Origin: an uncultured Phycisphaerales bacterium | GTDB lineage: Bacteria; Planctomycetota; Phycisphaerae; Sedimentisphaerales; Anaerobacaceae | Length of the DNA stretch: 64,000 nt | Assembly (NCBI GenBank): GCA_963772725.1 | Contig: CAVYYI010000005.1 | Span: 192,001-256,000, forward strand | Reading direction: 5' to 3' | Shown: piece by piece, positions 62,152 to 64,000 of the stretch | Position numbering within the stretch: position 1 is the stretch's first letter | Layout of the letters: every line of letters starts with the position of its first letter | Notes under the pieces: model-generated | Database searches by the model: none | Seen by the model: only the letters and a program-made list of their open reading frames with translations | What the model was told of the DNA's origin: nothing | Translations under genes and position numbers: made by a program

Positions 62152-64000
62152 TTAATTACGACTTTTGGTGTAATTCAACAGGCCGGCACAGAGGAGGATT
62201 TCTCTGTCTCTCTGGGAAATATTCAGTTTGCCTGTAAACTCGAATGAGCCAGTCTGGTCTTTAATCTGAACCTTATCGCTGTTCTTTATGGCGTCGGTCA
62301 GGTTCTCTATCTGCAGCGAGTCGCCCTGCTTGATTTTGTCGTACACGGTTGGGTCAGCCAATTCTACCGGGACAATGCAGAAGTTGATGAGATTGGCTTT
62401 GTGGATACGTTCGATGGTTTTGGCGATAACCACCCGCACGCCGAGATACATCGGACATAGGGCGGCGTGTTCGCGAGATGAACCTTGGCCGTAACTTTCG
62501 CCTGCGACGATAATGCCGGCCTGACCTCTTTTCTTTAATTCGAGGGCGCGGTCGGCGAATGTGGGTTTGCCTTCTTCGTTAAAGCAATTGAAAACCACTT
62601 TGGCGTACAGGGGAACATTGGAGCGCAGCTTGAGGAAAGTTCCCGCGGGCATAATGTGGTCGGTGGTAATCTTGTCGCCGCACTTGAGCAGGATCTGGCC
62701 TGTTATATCTTTGGGCAGGGATTTGGGCGATTCGGGTACGACTATTGTCGGGCCGCGAAGTATCTCGACTTTAGCGGCTTCATCTGAGCTGAGAGGCTTT
62801 TCAATCATGCTGTCGTCGATGATGAATTCCGCGGGCATCTTTATTTTGGGATATTTTATCGCGAACAGGTTATCCAGTTCGCGGGGGTCTGTAATTTTTC
62901 CGGTAAGAGCCGAAGCGACAGCGGTTTCGGGGCTGACGAGATATGCCTGGTCACCTTTTGTTCCGGTTCTGCCGGCGAAATTCCTGTTGAAGGTTCTCAG
63001 ACTGACGATGCCGTCGGCGGGTGAAAAGCCCTGGCCGATACATGGGCCGCAGCCTGATTCAAGGATTCTGGCGCCGGCGGAAATCATATCGGAAAGTGCG
63101 CCGTTTTGCGCGAGCATATTAAGGACTTCCCTGCTGCCGGGAGCAACGGCAAATTCAACCATATTGTTAATTGTTCTGCTTTTTAATACTTTGGCGACCA
63201 TCATCAAATCAGTAAAGCTCGAATTGGTGCAGCTTCCCACGGCAATCTGGCCGACAGGCATCCCGCTTATTTGCACTACGGTTTTAATATTATCCGGCGA
63301 CGAGGGACACGCCGCCAGCGGCTCAAGCTCGGAGAGGTTTATCTCTATTGTCCGCTCGTACACAGCATCAGCATCGGCAGATAAAGGTGTAAAATCCTTT
63401 TCTCTTTTCTGTGCGGCGAGAAATTTTCTTGTCTGTTCATCGCTTGGAAATACGCTGGTTGTAACGCCCAGTTCAGCGCCCATATTTGTTATAGTGGCCC
63501 GCTGAGGCACAGTCAGGTTTGCGACACCTTTGCCGAAATATTCAACAACCCAGCCGACATTGCCTTTTGTGGTAAGGATGCTTAGCAGTTTTAATATCAC
63601 GTCTTTGGCGGCGACCCAGTCTTTCAGTTTTCCGGTAAGTTTAATACCAAGCACTTTTGGGCAGGATAGATAAAAAGGCCCACCGCCCATCGCGACAGCG
63701 ACATCCATACCGCCTGCGCCGATGGCCAGCATTCCAATACCACCACCGGTCGGAGTGTGCGAATCGCTGCCCAGCAGTGTCGCACCAGGTTTGCCGAAGC
63801 GTTCGAGATGCACCTGGTGACAAATGCCATTACCAGCGCGTGAGTGATATACGCCTGATTTGGCCGCGACGGTCTGGAGATAGAGGTGGTCGTTGTGATT
63901 TTCCGAACCGAACTGGCTCATATTATGGTCGATGTAGCTGACAGACAAATCGGTTTTGACCCTGCCTGCGCCCATGGATTCAAAAAGTAAAAAGGCCGTT
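62152..64000 (-). CDS. Aconitate hydratase (5' end outside window)
   Basis: DHN, GNGICHQVH, GSDSHT, GSCTNSS, CGPCIG, TFNRNF, YGQGSSREHAA. Confidence 0.95.
   Translation of the reverse strand, partial: TAFLLFESMGAGRVKTDLSVSYIDHNMSQFGSENHNDHLYLQTVAAKSGVYHSRAGNGICHQVHLERFGKPGATLLGSDSHTPTGGGIGMLAIGAGGMDVAVAMGGGPFYLSCPKVLGIKLTGKLKDWVAAKDVILKLLSILTTKGNVGWVVEYFGKGVANLTVPQRATITNMGAELGVTTSVFPSDEQTRKFLAAQKREKDFTPLSADADAVYERTIEINLSELEPLAACPSSPDNIKTVVQISGMPVGQIAVGSCTNSSFTDLMMVAKVLKSRTINNMVEFAVAPGSREVLNMLAQNGALSDMISAGARILESGCGPCIGQGFSPADGIVSLRTFNRNFAGRTGTKGDQAYLVSPETAVASALTGKITDPRELDNLFAIKYPKIKMPAEFIIDDSMIEKPLSSDEAAKVEILRGPTIVVPESPKSLPKDITGQILLKCGDKITTDHIMPAGTFLKLRSNVPLYAKVVFNCFNEEGKPTFADRALELKKRGQAGIIVAGESYGQGSSREHAALCPMYLGVRVVIAKTIERIHKANLINFCIVPVELADPTVYDKIKQGDSLQIENLTDAIKNSDKVQIKDQTGSFEFTGKLNISQRDREILLCAGLLNYTKSRN

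Noticed and set aside
62561..63505. Long antisense ORFs (314 aa here; also 840-1328, 17996-18313, 52641-53294)
   Set aside because: Shadows of well-supported genes on the opposite strand with no recognisable motifs; 17996-18313 is antisense to the read-through part of copy 2.
1..64000. Genome-wide reassignment of UGA to Trp or Gly as the explanation for read-through
   Set aside because: TGA ends many conserved genes at the expected place (pyrR, nusB, rmlA, rmlB, ATGA overlaps), Trp is TGG throughout, and the TCA tRNA has Sec-specific structure.

Overview
Bacterial chromosomal window. The gene content suggests an anaerobe of the Planctomycetota/Phycisphaerae type, but this is inference only. 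Many housekeeping genes carry single-base indels that look like long-read assembly errors. The main signal is a hidden selenoproteome that the ORF track truncates. Three dispersed, exported paralogues (4039-4719 +, 17944-19407 -, 54092-55438 +) appear to stop at F-x-[YF]-G-TGA, yet each reads on in frame as U-G-G-[TS]-C-x-x-S-W-R-x-P. Each has a hairpin whose TGG apex lies exactly 22 nt after the UGA (candidate SECIS). A fourth small protein ends C-P-T-U-V-K with a hairpin at the same spacing. The window also encodes tRNA-Sec and a SelD with an extra Cys-rich N-terminus. These sit in an operon with a DUF3034-like beta-barrel, a CCC-motif methyltransferase, a double-cubane-type reductase, two dehydratase-like subunits, an ATP-dependent activator and a NapH-like polyferredoxin; an IS with a 12-bp target duplication splits the operon. 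The rest is mostly housekeeping: pyrRBC, ribH-nusB-parA, an ftsW/rodA-family gene, rml and glycosyltransferase genes, larE, EF-G2, mfd, aconitase, tRNA-Thr and tRNA-Arg.
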